Assembly: GCA_049889795.1 (NCBI GenBank) | Contig: JBMHCS010000003.1 | Location: 101,149 to 165,148 of the forward strand | DNA: 64,000 bases | From: Candidatus Puniceispirillaceae bacterium | GTDB taxonomy: Bacteria; Pseudomonadota; Alphaproteobacteria; Puniceispirillales; Puniceispirillaceae | Direction: 5' to 3' | Shown: piece by piece, positions 10,269-20,033 of the stretch | How positions within the stretch are numbered: the stretch's first letter is position 1 | How the letters are laid out: the number at the start of each line of letters is the position of its first letter | Made by a program: the position numbers and the translations under genes | Notes under the pieces: generated by a model | Seen by the model: only the letters and a program-made list of their open reading frames with translations | The model's database searches: none | What the model was told of the DNA's origin: nothing

Positions 10269-10472
10269 ATTTTACTAGAATACTAATGAAACCCGTTACA
10301 GCGCGACATGTTTCGTGTTAAACGGATGGCCGTTCCTGCGGCGCTGACTGTTGCCACCTGTTCATCCGCCAATGGCCAGCGCTTGCTGGTACTGCGTAAT
10401 CACCACACCTTGTCTGGCGCGTGATAATTGCCAATTACCAAGGTGAAGACTTCCCTTAGAGGCACTTAGACC

Positions 10473-11972
10473 ATGACTTTACGTTCTTTGCTTTCCGCCG
10501 GCGCTGACGACGCTATTGCCATTTCAGCACCGGGTCGGCCCGCGCTCGACTATGCCGGGCTTCGCGCCCATTGCGACCGGATCGGACGACAACTTGCCGG
10601 CCAGGGGTTGGGCCCTGATGATCGGGTCGCGATTGTGCTGCCAAACGGGCCCGAAATGGCCAGCGCGTTTCTTGCCGTTGCAAGCGTCATGTCAGCCGCC
10701 CCCCTGAACCCAGCCTATAAGCAAAGCGAATATGCGTTCTATCTTGAAGATCTTGCGCCAAAGCTGGTGATTGTCGAAAAGAACAACACAAACCCGGTCT
10801 GTGCCGCGGCAAAGGAACTTGGCATCCCGGTGGTTGAAACGCATGTGGCAGACGATGAAGCTGCCGGTCTGTTCACTCTGTTTGACAGCGAGGCGGACAT
10901 CAAACCTGCCGGACCGGACAGTGAAGCGCTTGTCCTGCACACATCCGGCACGACATCGCGCCCAAAAGTTGTGCCGCTCTTGCAGCGCAATATCGCCGCC
11001 TCTGCGCGCAATATTGCGGCCAGTCTTGAATTGTCTGCGGGGGATCATTGTCTGAACATCATGCCGCTGTTCCATATTCACGGATTGATCGCGGTATTGA
11101 CCACCAGCATGTCGCAAGGGGCATCGGTTTGTTGCACCGACGGATTCAATGCGCTGAAATTTCTGGATCAGGCGCGCGAGGAAGCCATCACCTGGTATTC
11201 CGGGGTGCCCACGATGCATCAGGCCATCCTGCTGCGGGCCAAGCGCCAGTCAGAAACAGCCGGGGCGCTGGGCCTTCGCTTGATCCGGTCCTCTTCCGCG
11301 TCATTGCCGCCTGCCGTCTTTGACGAATTGAATGCCGTTTTTGAATGTCCGGTCATTGAGGCCTATGGGATGACTGAGGCCGCCCATCAGATGACCTCAA
11401 ATCCGCTCGCCAGCGGCAAACAGAAAGCCGGCTTTGTCGGCATTGTTACATCACCGGAAGTCTGCATCATGGATGCCGAAGGCAACCAGCTGCAGGGGGA
11501 TGCCGAGGGCGAGGTATGTATTCGCGGCGATAATGTGACGCCGGGATATGAAAACAACCCGGCCGCCAATGAAAGCAGCTTTACCAACGGGTGGTTCCGC
11601 ACTGGCGATCAAGGCTATCTTGATGAAGATGGCTATCTGAAGATTACCGGACGCCTGAAGGAAATCATCAATCGCGGCGGCGAAAAAATATCCCCGCTGG
11701 AAGTCGATAATGTCCTGATGGAACATCCCGATATCCAGCAGGTCGTCACCTTCGCGGTGGCTGACCGGATGCTGGGCGAGGAAATCGGTGCTGCCGTGGT
11801 CCTGCGTGACGGTGCCGAAATGGATGCTGCAGCGTTGCGCAGCTATGCCGAGACACATCTTGCCAAATTCAAAATCCCGAAACATGTCTGCTTCCTTGAC
11901 GAGATACCGAAAGGCGCCACCGGCAAACTGCAGCGCATCGGCCTCGCCGCCAAGCTGGGCCTTGAAGGCTGA
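10473..11972 (+). CDS. Acyl-CoA synthetase, oxalate--CoA ligase-like (AAE3/Pcs60 subgroup)
   Basis: LHTSGTTSRPKVVPL, MPLFHIHGL, WYSGVPTMHQ, RSSSASLPP, EAYGMTEAAHQMTSNPL, PKGATGKLQR are characteristic of the oxalyl-CoA synthetase clade. Confidence 0.82.
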   Translation: MTLRSLLSAGADDAIAISAPGRPALDYAGLRAHCDRIGRQLAGQGLGPDDRVAIVLPNGPEMASAFLAVASVMSAAPLNPAYKQSEYAFYLEDLAPKLVIVEKNNTNPVCAAAKELGIPVVETHVADDEAAGLFTLFDSEADIKPAGPDSEALVLHTSGTTSRPKVVPLLQRNIAASARNIAASLELSAGDHCLNIMPLFHIHGLIAVLTTSMSQGASVCCTDGFNALKFLDQAREEAITWYSGVPTMHQAILLRAKRQSETAGALGLRLIRSSSASLPPAVFDELNAVFECPVIEAYGMTEAAHQMTSNPLASGKQKAGFVGIVTSPEVCIMDAEGNQLQGDAEGEVCIRGDNVTPGYENNPAANESSFTNGWFRTGDQGYLDEDGYLKITGRLKEIINRGGEKISPLEVDNVLMEHPDIQQVVTFAVADRMLGEEIGAAVVLRDGAEMDAAALRSYAETHLAKFKIPKHVCFLDEIPKGATGKLQRIGLAAKLGLEG

Positions 11973-11989
11973 GCGGACAGGAGTAGATC

Positions 11990-12982
11990 ATGACACGCAT
12001 CTGTATTTTTGGCGCTGGCGCGATCGGTGGCTATCTGGCAGCCGCACTCGACAATGCGGGGGCTGCTGTCAGCCTGGTGGCGCGGGGGCCCCATCTCGCG
12101 GCCATTCTGGAGAACGGGCTGACCTTTGAAAAAGATGGCGTGACATCTACCCATCATCTGCCAGCAAGCAGTGACCCGGCAGAGCTTGGGCCGCAGGATG
12201 TCGTGTTTCTGGCGGTAAAGGCGCACGGCATTCCGGCCATTATCGACAGTCTGAAGCCGTTGCTGCATGGCGATACCATCATCGTACCCGCTGTAAACGG
12301 GCTGCCATGGTGGTATTTCCATGGCGCCGGCACGGGCACGGCGCTGGATGAACAGCCGCTTCTTGCCGTTGATCCGGATCGCCGTATCTGGGACGAGATC
12401 GGACCGCACCGGGCCATTGGCTGCGTCGTTTATCCGGCCTGCGAAATTGCCGCGCCAGGGCATGTGCGGCATCTGGATGGTGATCGGTTCAGCCTTGGCG
12501 AACCGTCGGGCGAGCGGACTGACCGCATCCGTGATTTGTCTGCCCTGATGATCGCTGGTGGATTGAAAGCGCCGGTACGGCCCCGCATTCGTGACGAGAT
12601 CTGGATCAAACTATGGGGTAATTGTTCCTTTAATCCGGTCTCTGCCCTGACCGGTGCCACGCTTGACGAGATCGGCAATAACGCAGATGCACGCCAGCTG
12701 GTAACGGATATCATGACTGAAGTGCAAGCCATTGGCGAGGCGGCCGGCGCGCGTTTTGGGGTTTCAATCGATAAACGTATTGCCGGCGCAACCGCCATTG
12801 TCGGACACAAGCCGTCAACGCGCCAGGATATCGAGGCAGGACGACCGCTGGAAATCGACCCTATCCTGACCGCCGTTATCGAATTGGCTGATCGGCTGGA
12901 AATCGAAGCACCCGCATTGTCGCGTGTCACCGCGCTGCTGAAATTGCAGGCCGCCACGCTTGGGCTATACACATATCCCTGA
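11990..12982 (+). CDS. PanE-family reductase, PanE2/oxalyl-CoA reductase-like
   Basis: GAGAIGG, VARGPHL.AI...GL, GPQD.V..AVKAH, NGLPWWYF, GCVVYPA, IW.KLWGN.SFNP.SALT; cotranscribed with the oxalate-CoA ligase-like gene. Confidence 0.75.
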   Translation: MTRICIFGAGAIGGYLAAALDNAGAAVSLVARGPHLAAILENGLTFEKDGVTSTHHLPASSDPAELGPQDVVFLAVKAHGIPAIIDSLKPLLHGDTIIVPAVNGLPWWYFHGAGTGTALDEQPLLAVDPDRRIWDEIGPHRAIGCVVYPACEIAAPGHVRHLDGDRFSLGEPSGERTDRIRDLSALMIAGGLKAPVRPRIRDEIWIKLWGNCSFNPVSALTGATLDEIGNNADARQLVTDIMTEVQAIGEAAGARFGVSIDKRIAGATAIVGHKPSTRQDIEAGRPLEIDPILTAVIELADRLEIEAPALSRVTALLKLQAATLGLYTYP

Positions 12983-13120
12983 GCGAAGCTGCGGCGCCAG
13001 AATGAAACGGAAAAACAGCAGGGAAACAAAAGGCCACAACTTTACGACCTGTCGGTTGCTGGCCTATGATCGGTCGTGAGGGGTCGCGCCGGACACGGTG
13101 CTGACAGCTTGCCGCCCCTT

Positions 13121-13195
13121 TTAGACACATTTCACTTAGACACAGTTCACTTAGACACATTTCACTCTGGCAGGTTTCATTCAAGCAGATTTCAT
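13121..13195. repeat. 15-bp-period tandem repeat, three near-exact plus two degenerate units
   Basis: ttagacacatttcac / ttagacacagttcac / ttagacacatttcac / tctggcaggtttcat / tcaagcagatttcat, just upstream of gloA. Confidence 0.9.
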
Positions 13196-13209
13196 TGCGG
13201 AAGGGTCAC

Positions 13210-13650
13210 ATGCGCTATCTTCACACCATGGTCCGGGTTGCGGACATCGACGCGTCACTCGATTTCTACTGTAACAAGCTCGGTCTGGTGGAAACCCACC
13301 GGATGGACCATGAGGCCGGTCGCTTTACATTGATTTTTTTGGCGGCCCCAAAAGATAAGGCACATGCTGAAGAGCATCGCGCGCCAGAGCTGGAACTAAC
13401 CTATAACTGGGACCCTGAAGACTATGAGGGAGGGCGCAATTTCGGGCATCTTGCCTATAAGGTTGATGACATCTATGCCCTTTGCCAGTCGCTGATGGAT
13501 GCAGGTGTGACAATTAACCGACCACCGCGCGATGGCCGCATGGCCTTTGTCCGCTCGCCCGACAATATTTCCATCGAATTGCTTCAGGAAGGCGACCCAT
13601 TGCCACCTGCCGAACCCTGGGCATCCATGGAAAATACCGGCAGTTGGTAA
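13210..13650 (+). CDS. gloA: Lactoylglutathione lyase (glyoxalase I)
   Basis: [47 protein letters not shown]. Confidence 0.9.
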   Translation: MRYLHTMVRVADIDASLDFYCNKLGLVETHRMDHEAGRFTLIFLAAPKDKAHAEEHRAPELELTYNWDPEDYEGGRNFGHLAYKVDDIYALCQSLMDAGVTINRPPRDGRMAFVRSPDNISIELLQEGDPLPPAEPWASMENTGSW

Positions 13651-13660
13651 ATCAACGCCC

Positions 13661-14413
13661 ATGCCCGATATCCATCAATTTCCCTATGGCAGCGATAATT
13701 ACGGCGTGTTGCTGCATGACCCGCAGACGGGTAGCACAGCATTGGTTGATGCCGGCGATGCCGCGGCGGCGCTGGCCGCGCTTCAGGAAACGGGATGGCC
13801 GCTGTCCCAGATCTGGCTCACCCATCATCACGGGGACCATGTCGCTGGCACTGCTGCCATTGTCGAAGCCACTGGTGCCAGTGTCATAGGACCGGCGCAT
13901 ATCAATCATGTGACAGATCCCGTCAATGATGGTGACAGCTTTGATTTCGCCGGCACTGCGGTGACGGTCATTGCAACCCCGGGCCATACGCTGGACATGC
14001 TGAATTATCACATGGCTGCAGACAATCTGCTGTTTACCGGCGATACCTTGTTTGCCATGGGGTGTGGGCGCCTGTTCGAAGGTGACGCCGCCATGATGTG
14101 GGACAGCCTGTCACGACTGATGCAGCTGCCCGATGATACGATCATCTATTGCGGGCATGAATATACGGCTGCTAATGCCGATTTCGCACTATCTGTTGAC
14201 CCCGGCAATGCGGCGCTGCAGCGCCGTGCGGCCGCAGTGCGTGATCTGCGTGCCGGCGGCCAGCCAACCATTCCCACAATGATGGCACTGGAAAAACTGA
14301 CCAACCCGTTCCTGCGCGCGGCCGATCCGGCAATCCGTCAGAATCTGGGCATGATAGATGCTGGCGACGCCGCAATATTTGCCGAAATCCGCCGTCTGAA
14401 AGACAATTTCTAA
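13661..14413 (+). CDS. gloB: Hydroxyacylglutathione hydrolase (glyoxalase II)
   Basis: DNY, THHHGDH, TPGHT, FTGDTLF.MGCGRLFEG, YCGHEYT, E..TNPFLR, R..KDNF. Confidence 0.93.
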   Translation: MPDIHQFPYGSDNYGVLLHDPQTGSTALVDAGDAAAALAALQETGWPLSQIWLTHHHGDHVAGTAAIVEATGASVIGPAHINHVTDPVNDGDSFDFAGTAVTVIATPGHTLDMLNYHMAADNLLFTGDTLFAMGCGRLFEGDAAMMWDSLSRLMQLPDDTIIYCGHEYTAANADFALSVDPGNAALQRRAAAVRDLRAGGQPTIPTMMALEKLTNPFLRAADPAIRQNLGMIDAGDAAIFAEIRRLKDNF

Positions 14414-14455
14414 CCGGCCGCGTTTTACGGTCCGGGCTGGATTCAGAACGGCGCG

Positions 14456-15529
14456 TCAGAGTCCCGGTTTATGCGGATGCCCGTCCACAGTGCCGCCGAC
14501 CTTTGAAAGTCCGTCAAGGCTGCCCGCCCCTGTAAGAAACAGGGCAAGTCGCAACTGTTCCTGCCACTGACCGATATGGGCACAGGCGCGTTCCCTGTCC
14601 GGGCTGCCAATACCGTCATCCGAAATCGCCCGCAGCACCGCGCCAGCCATCGATACCATTTCGGCACCAAGCCATAACGCCTTTGCCGCATCCAGCCCGT
14701 TCATGACACCACCAGACGCGATGAGCCGGCCTGCCGGAACCGTCGCGCGCACCGCCATCAGGGCATCAACAGTCGGCACCCCCCAATCAAGGAAGGGTGT
14801 GAACAGCTCGGCATCCGCGCGCCGCGCCGCCTCTATACGTGTCCAGTTCGTGCCGCCAATGCCGGCAACATCAATTGCATGCACCCCGATATCAAATAGG
14901 CGCCGGGCGGTTGCAGCACTGATCCCAGCACCCACTTCCTTGATAAGGACCGGGCACGCACAGGCCTGCGTAACCGCCTCAATCGCCGCCAGAACGCCGC
15001 GCCAGTCTGTTTCGCCCTCGGGCTGTACGGCTTCCTGCAGCGGATTGAGGTGGATGAAAAGCGCATCCGCACCGATATCCTCGACCGCATGGCGGGCCAG
15101 ATCAACGCCGCCATCAGCGGCAATCTGCACCCCGCCCAGATTGCCGACTAACGGCACGGATGGGGCAAGTGATCGCAATCGCGACTGGCTGCGGCCTGAT
15201 TCCAGCGATGCGCGCTGCGAGCCGATCGCAAGACCGACGCCACACGCCTCAGCCGTTTCGGCCAGCGCATCATTAATGGCGTCCGCATGGTCCGTACCGC
15301 CTGTCATCGACCCGATAAAAAGCGGCGCGGCCAGTTTTTTTCCCAGCCAGCTGGTCCCGGTGTCGATGCTGCCAAGGTCGCATTCGGGCAGCGCAGAATG
15401 TTCCAGCTGCACACGCGCAAAACCGGCGGCGCGCAATGACTGTGCTAAGGGGGCGGCCGCAAGGCTTAGATGCGCATTCTTGCGATCTCCTGCCTTTTGC
15501 TTGCCTTTGTCTTCAGGGTGCGAGTCCAT
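14456..15529 (-). CDS. fni: Type 2 isopentenyl-diphosphate isomerase
   Basis: RKNAH, SMTGG, GSQR, HLNPLQEAVQPEG, KEVGAG, GGTNW.RIE, WG.PT, ASGG..NGLD.AK; last gene of the retinal operon. Confidence 0.93.
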   Translation of the reverse strand: MDSHPEDKGKQKAGDRKNAHLSLAAAPLAQSLRAAGFARVQLEHSALPECDLGSIDTGTSWLGKKLAAPLFIGSMTGGTDHADAINDALAETAEACGVGLAIGSQRASLESGRSQSRLRSLAPSVPLVGNLGGVQIAADGGVDLARHAVEDIGADALFIHLNPLQEAVQPEGETDWRGVLAAIEAVTQACACPVLIKEVGAGISAATARRLFDIGVHAIDVAGIGGTNWTRIEAARRADAELFTPFLDWGVPTVDALMAVRATVPAGRLIASGGVMNGLDAAKALWLGAEMVSMAGAVLRAISDDGIGSPDRERACAHIGQWQEQLRLALFLTGAGSLDGLSKVGGTVDGHPHKPGL

Positions 15530-15534
15530 GGGGC

Positions 15535-16392
15535 CTACCTGCTGATGAAACGCCGCTTCAGGCTGGGCCGGGCGTTGCGCAGCAACCCGTCTACCAGAAT
15601 CATATGCGGCACTGTTAGGGCGGCAAGCCCGATAAAGACCACACGCATGAGCGCTGATTCTGCGCTACCAGGACTGGCAAGCAGCCAAAAGGCAGCTGCC
15701 CCGGCCAGCCAGCTGGCAAGGGTGAATAGCGCCGCCTGCGCAAAGACCAGCCGGCCCGACATGCTGGTCGCGAGGCCCGACAGAACCGTGCGCACATGGC
15801 GCAATGTATGGACCAGACAGAAATACACTGCAAATCCGACCAAAGGCGGCGTGAAGACAAACAGCACCGCCAGCAACACAAGCTCGGCAAGGCCGGCGCG
15901 CCATCTGCGGTCCGTCACCCCTTTGATCACGCAAAAGGCCAGCGCAATGGCAATAAAGACAGCCAGTATTTCGAGCCCCTGCCAGACCATCTGTGTGGAC
16001 CCGCCAACAAGATAGCCAAAGATCACGTCAACCTCATCGCGATGGATCAGGCTGATCCCAGCCACCACCAGACCGCCATGGGCCACTGCATCCAGCAACC
16101 CTTCCCAGCCACCGCCAGGCCGGGCATCCCCAAGGCCAAAATGCAGCATACTGATCAGCAGAAATATCAGCAGACAGACCGCCGGGGCGGCCATCCATGC
16201 CGCCACAACCAGCGCCGCCGCCACGACATATAGCAGGACAAACCGCAGCAACAGCACAACACGCTTTGAATAGCCCAGATAAATGGCAATGGCCCCATCG
16301 AGCGCGCCATGTGGCAGGCCTATGATGACCACCGCGGCCAGCGCCAGCAGCGTTGGCTGTGGTATGGTCGCCAGACTTCCCATCATCTCCAT
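15535..16392 (-). CDS. blh: Beta-carotene 15,15'-dioxygenase (Brp/Blh)
   Basis: IGLPHGALD, S.LHFG..D, GFAVYFC.VHT.RH, LAALTVPHM.LVD. Start is 16392 or 16386. Confidence 0.93.
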   Translation of the reverse strand: MEMMGSLATIPQPTLLALAAVVIIGLPHGALDGAIAIYLGYSKRVVLLLRFVLLYVVAAALVVAAWMAAPAVCLLIFLLISMLHFGLGDARPGGGWEGLLDAVAHGGLVVAGISLIHRDEVDVIFGYLVGGSTQMVWQGLEILAVFIAIALAFCVIKGVTDRRWRAGLAELVLLAVLFVFTPPLVGFAVYFCLVHTLRHVRTVLSGLATSMSGRLVFAQAALFTLASWLAGAAAFWLLASPGSAESALMRVVFIGLAALTVPHMILVDGLLRNARPSLKRRFISR

Positions 16393-17519
16393 GCCCGCCC
16401 CGCTTTCATTGTCAGTCCCGGACTGGTCAGCAGCAGACGCATCGCAGCCTTCACAAAAATCCATTTCGGCATGGCCATAATCACTTTCAGGCGTAGCGAC
16501 CAATCTGCCTCGCCGCTGAGAAAGCGGGCGAATTGATCACCAGTCAATGCGCTTGCCATACGCAAAAACAGTTCAGGCGCTGTTTCCGGCTGGTGGCGCA
16601 GCACCCGCAACAGAACGGCATCCATCCATAAATCAACCCGCTGATGTGGTTTTGCAAAATGCAGGCTGCCGCGTGTTGCCCCGTCAATGGCCCGATCAAT
16701 CTGTTTCTGGATAAAGGCAAAGGCATATCCGCTGGAAGGGCGGATGGCGCCGCCATTACCACCAATGCCGGCGATCTCGGGGTCATGCCGGTCCATCATG
16801 CCAAGGGGGATAACCCCGCGTTCCTGATGCTTGACCTTGTATGTCTCAACGCCAAGATGCGTTTTCAGATAACCGTCAATCGCGTCGAGATAGAATTGGT
16901 CTGGCGCCTGCCGGGGCGTGAACAGGGTTGATTCAACAAGCGCCTCGGTTGCCGAGAATGGTAGCAGATAAATGAAATGCATGCCGCGCGACTGATCCAC
17001 CCGAAAGTCCATCAATGTGGCCGTGTCGGGCGTGAATGTTTCGCGATCAGTCTGCACTTCCAGCCCGACGAAATGCTGCAGCATCATGCCATCCGGCACC
17101 ACAGGCGGGCGGCTGTCAAACCAGATGGCGGCAGGGTCATTCTGCCGTGGGGGCATGGGTGCAAAACCGACACCTGCCGATGTTGCGGCATGACGACAAT
17201 CGGCGATCCAATCAGACCGGCGCAGCGCATGATAGGGGCGAGCCTTGGCCGTCATCACAACGGCCCTGTCCTGCGACACCAGCTGCCATTTATGCCAGCG
17301 GGCAAAGGCCAGCCGGGCTGCCCGGTCCAGATATGGCGTGCCCCAAAACCCCCAGATATGATCCTTTTCCGGAACATCCCTGTCTGGTTGATAAATCGTC
17401 AGGTTGAAACCAGGCAGATCGCGCGCCCGCGCGGCGAGCGACAGGGCAGCGCACCCGTCACCCAGAATACCCACCGGCCGGATCGCTTGCTCTGGAGACA
17501 TTGAGCCATCAGACGACAT
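16383..17519 (-). CDS. crtY: Lycopene beta-cyclase
   Basis: GDGCAALSLA, DSRP, QHF.G.EV, LMDFR.DQ..G.HFIY.LPFS...ALVEST, E.G.IP.G, GG.IRPSSGYAF. Confidence 0.9.
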   Translation of the reverse strand: MSSDGSMSPEQAIRPVGILGDGCAALSLAARARDLPGFNLTIYQPDRDVPEKDHIWGFWGTPYLDRAARLAFARWHKWQLVSQDRAVVMTAKARPYHALRRSDWIADCRHAATSAGVGFAPMPPRQNDPAAIWFDSRPPVVPDGMMLQHFVGLEVQTDRETFTPDTATLMDFRVDQSRGMHFIYLLPFSATEALVESTLFTPRQAPDQFYLDAIDGYLKTHLGVETYKVKHQERGVIPLGMMDRHDPEIAGIGGNGGAIRPSSGYAFAFIQKQIDRAIDGATRGSLHFAKPHQRVDLWMDAVLLRVLRHQPETAPELFLRMASALTGDQFARFLSGEADWSLRLKVIMAMPKWIFVKAAMRLLLTSPGLTMKAGRAWR

Positions 17520-18441
17520 AAGGAAGGCCCTGCAGACTGCTGTGAAGCGACGGGTCATGCAGCCCGCGGCGCGGCACAAACCGGTCTGTCAGCGTAAGCA
17601 TGGCCCGCAGGGAACAACCGGCCTTGGTCGCACTGCTGGTGACCTGTCTGCCGGCATGCCACGCATGATCAGCATCGGCAAGCTGGACACCGATCTGACG
17701 ATAGACGCGCGCCGCAACTGCAATCGCCAGATGCGCGCGGATCGGCAAATAGCCATAGCCGTGGCGGCCACTGGCATAAAATGTCTCGGCCAGAGCCAAC
17801 AGCCGCTTTACTGCCATCGTGACCTGTTGTGCCACCGGCCCTTCAGGGCGCGCCGCCGCCTCGGCGATTGTCGCCGGGCAGGCACCGCCAACCCAGTCGC
17901 CCGGAATATAGCGCCGGTTCATTTCTGCATCCTCCAGCACATCACGGGCAATATTAGTCAGCTGCATGGCAATGCCCAGATCGATAGCATGGGCCCGGGC
18001 CGCCTCGTCGTGACAATCCAGCACATGGCACATCAACAGCCCCACAGTCCCGGCGACGCGGTAGGCATAGCGCAGCAATTCCGTTTCGTTGGCAAGCGCC
18101 ACTTCTGGCTTCTGGTCATCCAGCAAGCCGTCAATCAGGGCAACAATTACATCTGGCGGAAACGCGCGTTGCTGCATGAAATCATGAAACCCGGCATAGG
18201 CAGGGTCTGCCCCGGGGCGACCAGCCATAAGATCGGCGCGAATGGTCTGAAGACGCGCCGGGCCTGCCGCGATATCACCATCAGCCATATCATCGAGAAC
18301 CCGGCAAAAGGCATAGAGCCGGGCGGCATCATAACCCATGCGCTGGCCCAGAAAGCGCCGCGCCCAGTGGAAACTCCTGCCATTTGCGGCGAGGGATTCC
18401 TCGGATGTCAGCCGTTCATTCGACATGTCGTGCCGCAACAT
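17509..18441 (-). CDS. crtB: Phytoene synthase
   Basis: GRSFHWA, LYAFCRVLDDMAD, YAYRVAGTVG, LGIAMQLTNIARDVLED. Confidence 0.95.
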   Translation of the reverse strand: MLRHDMSNERLTSEESLAANGRSFHWARRFLGQRMGYDAARLYAFCRVLDDMADGDIAAGPARLQTIRADLMAGRPGADPAYAGFHDFMQQRAFPPDVIVALIDGLLDDQKPEVALANETELLRYAYRVAGTVGLLMCHVLDCHDEAARAHAIDLGIAMQLTNIARDVLEDAEMNRRYIPGDWVGGACPATIAEAAARPEGPVAQQVTMAVKRLLALAETFYASGRHGYGYLPIRAHLAIAVAARVYRQIGVQLADADHAWHAGRQVTSSATKAGCSLRAMLTLTDRFVPRRGLHDPSLHSSLQGLPYVV

Positions 18442-18463
18442 GGCATCGCCGGGCGACTGGCTT

Positions 18464-20023
18464 TCAGCCGCTTGAACGATCCTGCTGCTCCTCCTCCTCG
18501 ATCAGCCGTTCAACTACCTTAGCAGAACACAGCACACCGGGCATCCCGGCACCTGGATGTGCCCCTGCGGCGGCAAAATACAGATTGGAAATATGCGGGT
18601 CGCGATTGTGATACCGGAACCAGGCAGATTGCACGAATAGCGGCGCAATCGAAAAGCCGGCCCCATGCATGGAACGATAATCATCACGGAAATCTTCCGG
18701 GGTCATCCAGAAATCGTCTGTAATCACATCGCCCAGCCCAGGCATGATGGTACGATCCAGCGCTGTCACAATCCGGTCGCGCAACGCAGGGCCTTCTGTC
18801 TTCCAGTCAACATCGCCAAGCAGATTGGGTACCGGACATAGAACGTAGAAACTGTCACAATCGTCTGGCGCAAAGCTCTTGTCGGTGGCTGTCGGACGAT
18901 GCAGATAAAGCGAAAAATCATCCGCCAGAATTTTGCGATCAAAAATGTCGGCCAGCAATTCCCGATAGCGCGGCCCCATCCAGATCGTGTGATGCGCCAC
19001 ATCGTCAAAGGTTTTGCGGGTGCCAAAAAACAGCACATACAGACCCATCGAATATTGTGTCAGAGCTTCCGGCAGCGCCTTCTTGCGCCGGCTTTCCTGC
19101 GGCATCATCTGACGATATACGGTTGGTGGATCGCCATTGCAGATCACCCTGTCAGCATCATAGCAGCGCCCGTCGACAGCAACCGCCCCGGTCACTTTTG
19201 TTCCCTGCTGGACAATATGTTCGATATCCACGCCCAGCTGTACCGATACGCCGGCACGCTCCAGCAACCGATGCAGTTCAGCCACCAACCTGCCAGTGCC
19301 TCCCATACAGAAGAACACGCCCCACTGGCGTTCCAGATAATGGATCAGCGCATAGATGGATGTTGTACTGAACGGATTGCCGCCGACAAGCAGCGGGTGG
19401 ATCGAAAAGGCCTGCCGCAGCAGCGGATGACGGATGTGGCTGTTTACAAGCCCGGTGACCGTGCGGTAGCTGCGAAGGCGCAGCAAGGCCGGGATCTGCC
19501 CGAGCATGCTGGTGAAGCGGGTAAATGGCTTGTCGGCCAGCTTTTCAAAACCGACCTCGAAAATCGCCTTGGACGTCCTCAGCAGCCGGGCGTACCCCTT
19601 GATATCCTGTTCATCGAAACGCGCGATTTCGGCATTGGTATCTTCAATACCGGGCCGATAGTCAAATTGCTGCCCGTCGTCGAAATGGAAACGGTACCAG
19701 GGGTCGAGCGGCCGAAATTCGAGATAATCCTCGCGGCGCTCGCCAAACAGCTCGAACAGCTCGTCAAACAGAAATGGCGCGGTAATCACCGTCGGGCCGG
19801 CATCATGGCGAAAACCACCCCGTTCAAAGACCTGCGCACGCCCACCAATGGCCTGCAGCCTGTCGACGAGCGTGACCGAATAGCCGCGCGCCCGCATCCG
19901 CAGGGCGGCAGCAATACCGCCAAACCCGGCGCCGATCACAAGAACATCGCTTATTTGCGGCGCGGTTGAGGCTCCGGCCGGTTCGGCAGGGGCTGATGAT
20001 TTGACGATGGGAGCCGCAGTCAT
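18464..20023 (-). CDS. crtI: Phytoene desaturase
   Basis: GAGFGGIAAA, GGRA, DAGPTVIT, HPLLVGGNPF, HHTI, HPGAGMPGVL.SA. Confidence 0.95.
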   Translation of the reverse strand: MTAAPIVKSSAPAEPAGASTAPQISDVLVIGAGFGGIAAALRMRARGYSVTLVDRLQAIGGRAQVFERGGFRHDAGPTVITAPFLFDELFELFGERREDYLEFRPLDPWYRFHFDDGQQFDYRPGIEDTNAEIARFDEQDIKGYARLLRTSKAIFEVGFEKLADKPFTRFTSMLGQIPALLRLRSYRTVTGLVNSHIRHPLLRQAFSIHPLLVGGNPFSTTSIYALIHYLERQWGVFFCMGGTGRLVAELHRLLERAGVSVQLGVDIEHIVQQGTKVTGAVAVDGRCYDADRVICNGDPPTVYRQMMPQESRRKKALPEALTQYSMGLYVLFFGTRKTFDDVAHHTIWMGPRYRELLADIFDRKILADDFSLYLHRPTATDKSFAPDDCDSFYVLCPVPNLLGDVDWKTEGPALRDRIVTALDRTIMPGLGDVITDDFWMTPEDFRDDYRSMHGAGFSIAPLFVQSAWFRYHNRDPHISNLYFAAAGAHPGAGMPGVLCSAKVVERLIEEEEQQDRSSG

Positions 20024-20033
20024 TGTCTGGCGG

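Noticed and set aside
13121-13195. Tandem repeats as a CRISPR array
   Set aside because: The units are contiguous 15-mers with no unique spacers, and there are no cas genes. The same holds for the arrays at 33551 and 63154.
17404-19969. Long plus-strand ORFs (372 and 356 aa) opposite crtB and crtI; likewise 28687-29736 opposite pccA
   Set aside because: Antisense shadow frames typical of GC-rich coding DNA, with no motifs.
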